This document shows positions 26,827-36,006 of a DNA stretch of 64,000 bases, piece by piece. The notes beneath the pieces were generated by a model. That model was not told the DNA's origin and did no database searches. It saw only the letters and a list, made by a program, of their open reading frames with translations. This DNA comes from Thermodesulfobacteriota bacterium (GTDB lineage Bacteria; Desulfobacterota; BSN033; UBA1163): positions 15,837 through 79,836 of the forward strand of contig JBHGBJ010000004.1 in NCBI GenBank assembly GCA_041947025.1, given 5' to 3'. A program made the position numbers and the translations under genes. Numbering within the stretch: position 1 is the first letter of the stretch; every line of letters starts with the position of its first letter.

Positions 26827-28416
26827 AATGGGTTGGTGCCCTGGTCTGAGCAGATCATTGATCGTCTTCACCGGATTGAAGGTCATCCTCGGCACTTCAA
26901 TAAAGAGAGTGATCCAATCGAACATCGCCCCGTTCCATAAACCGGGCCATTCCAGAGACTTTAGCGCTTGACCGTCCTTCGATTTCTGTGAGATAAAAAC
27001 CGCTTCCGGATCTCCATAGCGATGAAGATCAAAAGGTCTTCCCTCAAAGTCTTTCAAGCCACAGACTAAGTCAACGGGATTAAAGTGGGTGGATGCGTTC
27101 CAAATTTTTTGTTGCTTGGAGGAGGTCGAATCCACCTGGGCACTTTCAACGATCTGAAGGGATAATCTCCCATCCCTTCCCTTTACCCAGAAGGGTGCTC
27201 CCCCGGGTTCTCCAGCGTTTTCAACCATACCGCAAACCCGGATGGGGCGGTTCAATCGGTTCAAAAGAAAGTCCCGCTGTCTTTTCGGCGTCCACCTCTT
27301 GAAACCCTGAGGTTCGGGTATAAGAAGTTTCTCCCGGACAAAGGTCTTCGCCTCTTCGATCAGTCCGTGGTCATCCCCGCTTTCCGTTAACTCTTTCACG
27401 TACCGATGGACGATTCCCTGAATCTTCACCAGGATGCCACCCAAGGCCTTCTTCCAGGCGATGATGGCCTCATTCAGTCGATCGCCCGCAACATTATCAA
27501 TATTCCTGACGTAGACAAGGTCTCCCTGAAGGTCGTTGAGATTGACCAGAAGGGCTCCGTGGCCGCCTGGCCGGAAAAGGAGCCTCCCATCTTTCTCCCG
27601 GAAAGGGCGATTCTCCAAATCCACTGCAATCGCATCGGTTGAGTGTTTCTGGATCGAGAAGGCAACCTCGAAGCGGGCCTGGCAGAGCTGCTCATATTGG
27701 GGTTTTATTCTTTCAAAAAATCGACGAAAGGCGTCTTCGTGTTCTGGCGAAACGGTAAAACAGAGATGGCAAATCCCTTCCCGATCTCGAACCGTGTGGC
27801 CCGCTTCGATCAGGTGTTCTTCAAAAGCTGTTCGGCTGCCGGATGGGCATCGATGAAACTTCAACAGGCCTTTGGGAAGTGCTCCGTAGTTTAATCCCTC
27901 CTCGGTGAGCAGATATCTAAGAATCTCGTGCCATTGACCTTGGGCGATCAATTCTTCCACCTGGAGCCCGTGATCGGCCATCAGGTGTTTGAGATCGTCG
28001 AAAAAAGCGAACCGTTTGATCCCTTCCTGAAAAGAAATAAAGCCTCTTGCCTCGGGAACCTCCCGGTCAGCCGGACCAGGGAGTGGGTCCTTTGAGGAGC
28101 GTGGAGGCTGATAATAGACCTTGAATAGAAGCTGGAACATGCGACTGGCCACACCCGAGGCGGGAACAAACTTCATAAACCGGCCTTCCCCGGCAGCCCT
28201 TTCCTGCAATGCAATGTAGGTTTTCAGATCCTCTGCGTTGATTTGTTGAATCCCATCTCCAACCGTACAGGGGCGATGAAGCCGGATCCGTGGCGGAGAC
28301 AGTTCAAGGATCTGGATCTGCCGGCGAACCTCTTCTTCGGATAGGCCAAGAGACTTTATTTGCAGCCGATCTTTCGCACCAAAAGTCTGGTTTTTTTCCA
28401 GGGAGGAGGAATTCAT
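26809..28416 (-). CDS. DUF4301-family protein (nucleotidyltransferase-like motifs)
   Basis: KFVPASGVASRMF, LPKGLLKFH, FRPGGHGALL, NIDNV, GEPGGAPFWV, WNGAM..W, FNPVKT. Confidence 0.85.
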   Translation of the reverse strand: MNSSSLEKNQTFGAKDRLQIKSLGLSEEEVRRQIQILELSPPRIRLHRPCTVGDGIQQINAEDLKTYIALQERAAGEGRFMKFVPASGVASRMFQLLFKVYYQPPRSSKDPLPGPADREVPEARGFISFQEGIKRFAFFDDLKHLMADHGLQVEELIAQGQWHEILRYLLTEEGLNYGALPKGLLKFHRCPSGSRTAFEEHLIEAGHTVRDREGICHLCFTVSPEHEDAFRRFFERIKPQYEQLCQARFEVAFSIQKHSTDAIAVDLENRPFREKDGRLLFRPGGHGALLVNLNDLQGDLVYVRNIDNVAGDRLNEAIIAWKKALGGILVKIQGIVHRYVKELTESGDDHGLIEEAKTFVREKLLIPEPQGFKRWTPKRQRDFLLNRLNRPIRVCGMVENAGEPGGAPFWVKGRDGRLSLQIVESAQVDSTSSKQQKIWNASTHFNPVDLVCGLKDFEGRPFDLHRYGDPEAVFISQKSKDGQALKSLEWPGLWNGAMFDWITLFIEVPRMTFNPVKTINDLLRPGHQPILRIDG

Positions 28417-29601
28417 CTAACCGCTCATCTCCCCGTCTGTGATCCCCAGAATATAGAGAATGTTCTTCAGGCGGGCCCTGCCCAGACTCATATGGGCCGC
28501 GCGCTCAAGCGACTTCTTCGCATTATACGCAATGCCTAGGCCGGCCTGGCCAAGCATTAAGATGTCATTGGCCCCATCCCCGATGGCCACGGTCTGATCA
28601 AGAAAAACGCCTTCTTCATCGGCAACGAGGTTGACAATTCTTGCCTTGTAGGTGTTATCCACGATCTTTCCCAAGATTCTGCCCGTAAGGGTTGAGTTCT
28701 TCATTTCGAGTTGATTGGCGAAGGCGCGATCCAGTCCCAGCTTCTCTTTGAGAAAGTCAGCAAAGTAGTGGAATCCTCCGCTGACCAGGACCAATTTGTA
28801 GCCCAACTTCTTGAGGGTCGTCACTAATTCTTCGGCCCCTTCAGAGAGTCTCATCTCGTTCCGGATCTTCTCCATCTCCTTCACCTTCAGTCCTTTGAGA
28901 AAGGCCACTCGCTGCAGTAGCCCTTCTTCAAAATCGAGGTCCCCTCTTCCCACCTTCTCGGTGATTCTCGAAACCTCCTTGAATACGCCTGCCCTTTGGG
29001 CCATCTCATCGATCATCTCCATATCGATCAGGGTGCTATCCATATCGAAGAAGATTAAGCGCTTGTTCTTGCGATAGGCCTCCATGTTCTGGAGGGCGAG
29101 ATCGATATTGAGCTCGTGGCTTTTGGCAATCACTCTCTCTTTCAAACGGCTCAGGCTTTCAACCTTGTTCACATCGATGGTCAGCTCCACGCAACTGGCA
29201 CGGTGGCGGGTGAGATTGCTGATCATCTCGATGTTGGCGTTCTCTTCTCCCAGGATGCTCGTCAGCTCAGCCAAAGCCCGGGTATCCCCGAAGTATGTGA
29301 GGACGAAGAGATTCTTATTATTCCTGGCCTTCACCTCTTTTTCAGAGAAGACTTGAAAATTGAGCGTCAGATGGAGCCGGTTGGCTTCAAAGAGAAGGTC
29401 CTTGAGAACGCCGTCTTTCGATTGTTTGGCTTCGCTCATGTCTAAGAGAAAGGAAAGACCAAGGAAATCCTGAAGGGAGGCCTGCTCGATATCCACAATC
29501 TCCACATGATTTTCCACGAGGATCTTGCTGAAGGCAGCGGTGATTCCAGGGTGATCCGGACCGGAAGCGGTCACCATCACAAAATCTTTTTCTTCATCCA
29601 T
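28417..29601 (-). CDS. serB: phosphoserine phosphatase with two ACT domains
   Basis: ACT (SGPDHPGITA); HAD motifs FDMDSTL, VSGGF and GDGAND. Confidence 0.94.
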   Translation of the reverse strand: MDEEKDFVMVTASGPDHPGITAAFSKILVENHVEIVDIEQASLQDFLGLSFLLDMSEAKQSKDGVLKDLLFEANRLHLTLNFQVFSEKEVKARNNKNLFVLTYFGDTRALAELTSILGEENANIEMISNLTRHRASCVELTIDVNKVESLSRLKERVIAKSHELNIDLALQNMEAYRKNKRLIFFDMDSTLIDMEMIDEMAQRAGVFKEVSRITEKVGRGDLDFEEGLLQRVAFLKGLKVKEMEKIRNEMRLSEGAEELVTTLKKLGYKLVLVSGGFHYFADFLKEKLGLDRAFANQLEMKNSTLTGRILGKIVDNTYKARIVNLVADEEGVFLDQTVAIGDGANDILMLGQAGLGIAYNAKKSLERAAHMSLGRARLKNILYILGITDGEMSG

Positions 29602-29941
29602 TCTCTGATCCTTCTCATCGATTCCGTATGAGGAATTGCACCGAAAACCCAACCGTGCTCAAAACTTATCCAAATATGACGGCGTTGTCAAGGTCATTAG
29701 TAGCCGATGTAAGCATCTCTTTTCCGTGACGATGCTCACCTTCGATGAGGAAGACAGTCCGGCTGAGAAAGTTTTGGAGCGAAACCTTTAACAGATTCAG
29801 TATAAGCGTTGCAAAAACTCATGAAAACCCTACATTTAAACCAACAAGAAAGTTATCCATTCCACGATAAGAAGATCGCAATTCCAAAACTTTGGAAGTC
29901 TGGACTGTCTTCTTCGGCATTCTCACGAATTTGGAGAAGCT

Positions 29942-31567
29942 TCAGTAGCCGATCGCACAGCCATCCTTTCTTCTGTCAGACGCTCCCAGGAGAACATTCT
30001 GGTCCCGGTCGAAGTAGATCGCCTGTCCGCCGCCAACCTGATTGACCTCGGGAAGGTCTGTCAAGATCTTGTGGCCTTTCCTGGAAAGGGCGGCGATCGT
30101 CTTCTCGGAAATCCCGTCTTCGATATAAACTTCTCTCTCTTTAAAATGCCTCACCCGCGGAGCATCCACAGCTTCCTGAAGATTCATTCCGAAGTCGATC
30201 AGGTTCGCAAGAAACTGGACATGGCCCTGTGGCTGCATATCCCCGCCCATCACGCCAAAACTGATCAAGAATTGATTGTCTTTAAAGACCATGCCCGGAA
30301 TAATCGTATGCATCGGGCGTTTGTGGGGCTCAAGCCTGTTGAAATGTTTAGGGTCCAAAGAGAATGACTTGCCCCGGTTTTGCAAAACAATCCCCGTGCC
30401 ATCGACGACGATACCCGATCCAAAGGGCATAAAGATGCTGCTGATAAAGGAAACCGCATTTCTCTCTTTGTCAACGCAAGTCACATAGACCGTTTCAGAG
30501 GCTTCCCTGTTGAAAGAGAAGGAAGAAGGAGGGGAAGCCTTGCGGATATCAATCTTTTCTCTGATTTTTCTGGCGTAATCCTTCGAAAGGAACCGCTCGA
30601 CAGGAATCGTTTCGAATTCGGGATCGGTGATAAAACGATCCCTGTCTCCGAAGGCTGCCTTCTTGGCCTCGATCAGCAGATGGAGATATTCAGGGCTGTT
30701 CTGTCCCAGGCTTCCGATATCATACCCCTCCAGGATGTTGAGCATTTCCAGGGCCGTTATCCCCTGACCGTTAGGGGGCAATTCAAAAATGGTATATCCG
30801 CGATACTCCGTCGACACCGGCTCCACCCAGGTTGTCGAATGGTCTTTAAAATCCTGACGGGAGAGAAATCCTCGATACCGGTCAGAAGCCTTGACGATCG
30901 CATCACAAATCTCTCCTCCATAAAAAGTCTCGATTCCATCTCGGACGATCTTCTGATAAGTGCGCGCAAGATCCTTATTCAGAAATATCTGCCCGGGCCG
31001 GGGGGCTTTCCTGTCGATGAGAAACGTCGTGGCCGAGCTTTCAGAAGAAAGGAGAAGGGGTTCAGCCTCTTTCCACTCTCCGGCGATAACCTGAGTCACG
31101 GGAAAACCATTTTCCGCGTGGTCAATGGCATCCTCAAATACCTCACCGAGGCTGAGGGTCCCGTGGCGCTCCAATGCCTGAGCCCATCCATGGAGGGCGC
31201 CCGGGACGGTTACCGTTAAAATACCTCTTTCGGGAATTTGTTGAACGCCTCTCTCTTTGAAGCATTGAACCGTTGCCCGATAAGGGGCGCGACCACTTGC
31301 GTTCATGCCGACCAGGCGTTTCTCTCTTGCCAAATAGATCAGGGCAAAGGCATCGCCTCCCAGTCCCACAGAATAAGGCTCGACCACACTCAGGACACTG
31401 ACCATGGCGATGGCCGCATCGATGGCGTTTCCGCCCTTCAACAGCTTTTTATACCCCGCAAGAGTCGCAAGAGGCTGACTCGCTGCCACCATCCCATGTT
31501 TTCCCATGAGTACCGATCGCTGCGAAGCGTGCTTCCATTCTCTCCTTTGCGGATAGGTAAATCTCAC
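29942..31567 (-). CDS. ggt: gamma-glutamyltransferase
   Basis: GGNAIDAA, TVPGAL, ELPPNGQG, catalytic Thr in ETVY, KRPMHT, GGDMQPQGH, SDRRKDG. Confidence 0.95.
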   Translation of the reverse strand: MRFTYPQRREWKHASQRSVLMGKHGMVAASQPLATLAGYKKLLKGGNAIDAAIAMVSVLSVVEPYSVGLGGDAFALIYLAREKRLVGMNASGRAPYRATVQCFKERGVQQIPERGILTVTVPGALHGWAQALERHGTLSLGEVFEDAIDHAENGFPVTQVIAGEWKEAEPLLLSSESSATTFLIDRKAPRPGQIFLNKDLARTYQKIVRDGIETFYGGEICDAIVKASDRYRGFLSRQDFKDHSTTWVEPVSTEYRGYTIFELPPNGQGITALEMLNILEGYDIGSLGQNSPEYLHLLIEAKKAAFGDRDRFITDPEFETIPVERFLSKDYARKIREKIDIRKASPPSSFSFNREASETVYVTCVDKERNAVSFISSIFMPFGSGIVVDGTGIVLQNRGKSFSLDPKHFNRLEPHKRPMHTIIPGMVFKDNQFLISFGVMGGDMQPQGHVQFLANLIDFGMNLQEAVDAPRVRHFKEREVYIEDGISEKTIAALSRKGHKILTDLPEVNQVGGGQAIYFDRDQNVLLGASDRRKDGCAIGY

Positions 31568-31610
31568 TCTATGTTCTCCTTTCCCCTTCCCCCCTCCTCC
31601 CTAACCTTCC

Positions 31611-31682
31611 CCCCCTTCCCCCTTTTATCCTAAGAGGGGGAGAACGAAGGGACCGTTGGAAGGAAGGGGCAGGAAGGGTTAT
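31611..31682. repeat. REP-like hairpin element, homolog of 8669-8741
   Basis: CCCCTTCCCCCTTTTATCCTAAGAGGGGGAG...GGGTTAT aligns by eye with the 8.7-kb copy. Confidence 0.75.
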
Positions 31683-31755
31683 GAAATTGATCAGTTGACT
31701 GCGGCTCCCTTTTTTTGATATCAAATAATATAACATAAAACAGGGGGATCGTAAG

Positions 31756-33429
31756 ATGGCGGAGTTAACGAAAGAAGATTTTATATCCGTGTCCAAGGTC
31801 TTTGGTCTCAATATCAATGATCCGCATATGGAAGAACTATACGTCTATGTCCGGAAGATCTTGCCCACTCTTAAGAGGATTGAAGAGCTCCATTTGACCG
31901 ATATGGAGCCTACGATACCCCGCGACTGTTTCTCCCCCTCCGGAGACGATGCCACAACGTCATCGCGGGGGAGTAAAATGACGAAGTCTTCTGTCAGGAA
32001 GAAGAGAGTGGTGGAGAGGGATTCGGCAGGGCTTTGCTTTCTCACCGCAGGAGAGCTTTCGAGGCTCATTCAAAATAAGGAATTATCCCCGGTGGAGGTG
32101 GTCAGGGCCCATCTCTCCCGTATCGAAGCCTTGGAGCCCAAATTAAACTCTTTTATCACCCTGTTAGCCGACCAGGCGCTCTCTGCCGCTAAAAAGGCAG
32201 AAAAGGAGATTCAGGCAGGCAGATCCCTCGGCCCTCTTCATGGGATCCCTTTCGGGCTGAAAGATCTTTTTTATGTCAAAGGAATTCGAAATACCTCTGG
32301 CTCTAAGATATTCGATCGATTCATCCCTGATTTCGATAGCACGATGGCTCGAAGGCTGAAAGAAGCGGGGGCGATTCTCATCGGAAAGCTGAACCTGCAT
32401 CCTCTTGCTTACGGTCCCACAGGAGAGAATGAGGACTATGGCCACATGCACAATCCCTGGAACCCGGCGCGGATTGCCGGAGGTTCTAGTGGAGGTTCGG
32501 GATCCTCTGTGGCTTCCGGCCAGTGCACTTTTGCCATGGGCAGCGATACGGGCGGCTCCGTTCGAATCCCGGCTGCTCTATGCGGCATTGTGGGTTTTAA
32601 ACCCACCTACGGCCGCCTCAGCCGCTACGGGATCACTCCTCTTGCCTGGAGTCAGGACCATGCGGGTCCCATGGCTCGCACCGTTGAAGATTGCGCCTTG
32701 GTCATGAATGCGGTTTCAGGGTATGATCCCAATGACCCCGCCTCTGCTCATCTCCCGGTTCCCGATTACACCAGGGCTCTCACGGGCCGACTGAAAGGTT
32801 TGCATGTCGCCATGATTAAAGAATTTCTTGAAGGGCCCCTTGAACCCGAGGTGGCGAAATGCGTTGAAAAGGCGGCGGAGAAATTAGGTGAACTCGGCGC
32901 AATCCTCTCTGAAGTCTCCTGGCCGATCTACGATTATGCGATGCCGATTGCAAGCGTCATCCAGATGGCTGAAGCAACCGCTTACCATAGCAGACTCCTC
33001 CGAGAAAAAGCCTCCCAGATAGATCTCTCTGCCCGACTCCGCCTGGAAGCAGGTATTTTCATTTCTGCCACGGATTATGTTCAAGCCCAAAGGGCACGCA
33101 CCCTCTTTTGTCGCCGAAGCCTCGAACTCTTCAAGGAGACCGATCTGCTTGCAGTCCCGACCGTGCCTGTAACTGCATTTCCAATCGGTACGACCAAATC
33201 AGAGGTGAATGGCCAAAAAGTGAATATTATCTCTTTGCTTACCGGGTATACCCGTCCCTTTAATCTCAATGGCTTTCCCGCGATCACCGTGCCCTGTGGG
33301 TATTCAAAGGAAGGCCTTCCCGTTGGCCTCCAGCTTGTGGGCCGCCCCTTCGACGAGGAGACGGTGTTACGAGCCGCCCATGCTTACGAGCAGGCCACAG
33401 ATTGGCACATGAGAAGGCCACCCCTTTAG
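31756..33429 (+). CDS. amidase-signature enzyme (GatA/AtzE-like) with a fused N-terminal GatC/AtzG-like segment
   Basis: LHGIPFGLKD, GGSSGGS and GSDTGGSVRIPA triad motifs. Internal RBS+ATG at 31978. Confidence 0.9.
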   Translation: MAELTKEDFISVSKVFGLNINDPHMEELYVYVRKILPTLKRIEELHLTDMEPTIPRDCFSPSGDDATTSSRGSKMTKSSVRKKRVVERDSAGLCFLTAGELSRLIQNKELSPVEVVRAHLSRIEALEPKLNSFITLLADQALSAAKKAEKEIQAGRSLGPLHGIPFGLKDLFYVKGIRNTSGSKIFDRFIPDFDSTMARRLKEAGAILIGKLNLHPLAYGPTGENEDYGHMHNPWNPARIAGGSSGGSGSSVASGQCTFAMGSDTGGSVRIPAALCGIVGFKPTYGRLSRYGITPLAWSQDHAGPMARTVEDCALVMNAVSGYDPNDPASAHLPVPDYTRALTGRLKGLHVAMIKEFLEGPLEPEVAKCVEKAAEKLGELGAILSEVSWPIYDYAMPIASVIQMAEATAYHSRLLREKASQIDLSARLRLEAGIFISATDYVQAQRARTLFCRRSLELFKETDLLAVPTVPVTAFPIGTTKSEVNGQKVNIISLLTGYTRPFNLNGFPAITVPCGYSKEGLPVGLQLVGRPFDEETVLRAAHAYEQATDWHMRRPPL

Positions 33430-33431
33430 GT

Positions 33432-34886
33432 CTATTTGCCGAAGCCCTTCAGGAGATAGGAAAATTTCTCCCGGGATTTACGGGCCACCTCCGGACTCGG
33501 CATGTTGACCACAGGAAAGCGATCGCGCCATTCATAGGGACGAGTCGCATCGATAATGGCCCTCGAGTTGGTCAATTTACCCTTCGCCTTGTCCTCGGGA
33601 TGGATACGCGGATCAAGGGCGGTTGACCAGGCATGATGGATGATATCGATCGAATTCGCCGGATCGGATCGAGTCAACATGGCCCACATCAGCTCTTCAA
33701 GGTTGGACACGTCGATGTCATCGTCCACCACGATCACATATTTCCCCGCATAGGCCCCTACGTGACACTGGGAGGCAACATGTCCCACCTGGGTGGAGTG
33801 ACCTCCGTACCGCTGCTCAATGGCAATGGCGAGGAGCATTCTCGAATTCCCGACTTCGTGGGCCCAAACCGCTTTAACCCCTGAGAGGCCTGCCTTCTCC
33901 AGCTCCTGTTTAAGAAGGGAGGATCGGACAATGGCCCGGAACCGTGCATGCTCGTCCGGAGGACGCTGGGGAGAAACCCCAAGGAGGATGGGATTGTTCC
34001 TGTGATAGATCGCTTTGACCTCCAGGAAGGGCTCATCGCGGACGTCGCTGGCATAATAGCCTGTCCACTCGCCGAAAGGGCCTTCTTTCCATCGCTTCTT
34101 AGGATCAACATAGCCTTCAAGAACAATCTCCGCATGGGCGGGAAAGGGAAGACCGGTCACTTTGCCCTGGATGACAGGATAAGGTTTTCCTCTCAAGGCT
34201 CCTGCAATCTCGTACTCGCTGATTCCGTAGGGAGCTTCATTGCTGGCCATGAGGAAGAGGAGCGGGTCGCCGCCCAGGACGATCGCCGCCGGCATGGGCT
34301 GATTGCGGGCGATATACTTGTCACGGTGGACACGGCCGTGTTTCCCAGGCGATATGTAAAAACCGACGTTCTTTGCGTCATGGGCCATCACTCGATAAGT
34401 CCCCACGTTTATCCACTTATCATCCGGATCCACGGTGACGGTAAAGCATCCGGTCCCTATGTAGCGTCCTCCGTCCTTTTCGTGCCATTTGGGTGCAGGA
34501 AAAGAAAGAACATTGACTTGATCACCTGTCTGAATATTCTCCAGCACAGGGCCGCTCTTGACGACCTCGTAGGGAACGGGCTTCCCCTCTTGAAAAGCCT
34601 TGTGAACTTCGTCGGAAAGCTCAAGCTTGGATAGCTCGGACGGGAACCCGAAGGTCATATTCTTTCTCTGCCCTCCGAAGAAGTTAACCAGAACCCTGTA
34701 CCCCTCGGGGTATCCCGGAATCTGATCGAAGAGGGCGGCTGGGGCAGGATCCGCATGTTGAAGAACCTCAGACGCCATACCAATATCCTCTTGCCATGTG
34801 GCTCCTTTCACATCCCGCACTTCGTCCAGCTTTCTGGCCTGATCGAGCCATCCCCTCAGGTCATCATAAAGAAATTTGGGTTTCAT
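33432..34886 (-). CDS. UbiD-family decarboxylase
   Basis: DGGRYIGT, NVGTYR, KHG, AEIVLEG, EGPFGEWTGYY and IIDATRP all canonical. Confidence 0.94.
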   Translation of the reverse strand: MKPKFLYDDLRGWLDQARKLDEVRDVKGATWQEDIGMASEVLQHADPAPAALFDQIPGYPEGYRVLVNFFGGQRKNMTFGFPSELSKLELSDEVHKAFQEGKPVPYEVVKSGPVLENIQTGDQVNVLSFPAPKWHEKDGGRYIGTGCFTVTVDPDDKWINVGTYRVMAHDAKNVGFYISPGKHGRVHRDKYIARNQPMPAAIVLGGDPLLFLMASNEAPYGISEYEIAGALRGKPYPVIQGKVTGLPFPAHAEIVLEGYVDPKKRWKEGPFGEWTGYYASDVRDEPFLEVKAIYHRNNPILLGVSPQRPPDEHARFRAIVRSSLLKQELEKAGLSGVKAVWAHEVGNSRMLLAIAIEQRYGGHSTQVGHVASQCHVGAYAGKYVIVVDDDIDVSNLEELMWAMLTRSDPANSIDIIHHAWSTALDPRIHPEDKAKGKLTNSRAIIDATRPYEWRDRFPVVNMPSPEVARKSREKFSYLLKGFGK

Positions 34887-34911
34887 CTGTCATTCTCCTT
34901 TCTATTTCATG

Positions 34912-35661
34912 CTATTGAGATGCCATTAAATACTTTTCAAACCATGCAAATATCTTTTGCCAACCATCGACGGCAGCCTCAACGCGGTAGTTTGGCCTGT
35001 CTACGGAGAAAAAGGCATGACCGGCATTCTCGTAGGTATGAAACTCGTATGTTTTGTTGAAGCGTTTGAGCTCTCCTTCTATACGAGCCACATCCTGAGG
35101 TGACGGTGATTTGTCTTCCGCGCCGAACAAACCCAATACAGGACAGGCGAGATCCTTTGTCATGTCAATGGGAGCGACCGGCTGACGCTCTGTAAGATCC
35201 TCGGGTTTGGCAACGATCTTCCCTCCGTAGCAAACGACTGCGGCATTGATGCGCTTGATATTACAGGCCACGAGGTAGGCCTGTCGCCCACCCGAACAAA
35301 ACCCGATGACGCCGACTTTACCGTTGTGACAAGGCTGCGTCTCCAAGTAGTGAATAGCTCCTTCGATGTCGCCGATACATCGTTTGTCGGGCACCAGGCC
35401 AGCAGCCCGGACCTTTGCGGAGATTTCTTCAGGACTTCCCGGTCCCTCCCGATGATGGAGGTGAGGCGACAATGCCCCATATCCGTGATAGGCCAGCTTC
35501 CTTGTCATTTCTTTCGTGGCCTCATCCCAGCCCGGCATGTGATGAATCACAATAACCCCCGGGTAAGGTCCGCTTCCAAGGGGCCGCGCCAAGTACCCTT
35601 CAATCGGATCGCCGTTATGGCCACAAAAACCAATTTTCTCGGCTATCATCCCTTCGTACAT
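34912..35661 (-). CDS. dienelactone hydrolase family protein
   Basis: GFCSGG nucleophile motif; catalytic His in AGHAF. Confidence 0.92.
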   Translation of the reverse strand: MYEGMIAEKIGFCGHNGDPIEGYLARPLGSGPYPGVIVIHHMPGWDEATKEMTRKLAYHGYGALSPHLHHREGPGSPEEISAKVRAAGLVPDKRCIGDIEGAIHYLETQPCHNGKVGVIGFCSGGRQAYLVACNIKRINAAVVCYGGKIVAKPEDLTERQPVAPIDMTKDLACPVLGLFGAEDKSPSPQDVARIEGELKRFNKTYEFHTYENAGHAFFSVDRPNYRVEAAVDGWQKIFAWFEKYLMASQ

Positions 35662-35710
35662 CGCTCCTCCTTAATGAACGTCCTCCTCCATCTTCCCCGC
35701 CCATAATAAT

Positions 35711-35787
35711 CCCACCCACCCTCCCCTTGCATTAAGGCATGCCTGCCGCCTGCCTCCGGCAGGGGCAGGGGAGGCAAGGAGGGGTTA
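35711..35787. repeat. REP-like hairpin interrupted by a CCTGCC-type insert (35738-35769)
   Basis: CCTCCCCTT-gcatt-AAGG[insert]GGAGG. Confidence 0.75.
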
Positions 35788-35903
35788 GGAGAGTTGAGTA
35801 TAAGAAAAAGGGCGGTTGTGTGTCAAGGCAAAAGAACGCGCGCCCCGATCCTTGATTACTATGGTTGTCAAGCTCCGGAAAGGATGAAGGGCAAAAAATC
35901 CGG

Positions 35904-35932
35904 TTGACCTTGGCTCTTTTTTTCAGTATAGT
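35904..35932 (+). promoter_or_regulatory. sigma-70 promoter
   Basis: TTGACC-N17-TATAGT upstream of the 36007 gene. Confidence 0.55.
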
Positions 35933-36006
35933 TGTTTCTATTATCCATCTAATTACTCACCCTTGGAATCTAAAGATAAACCGATCTAAAAGAAAGGAGA
36001 AGAACT

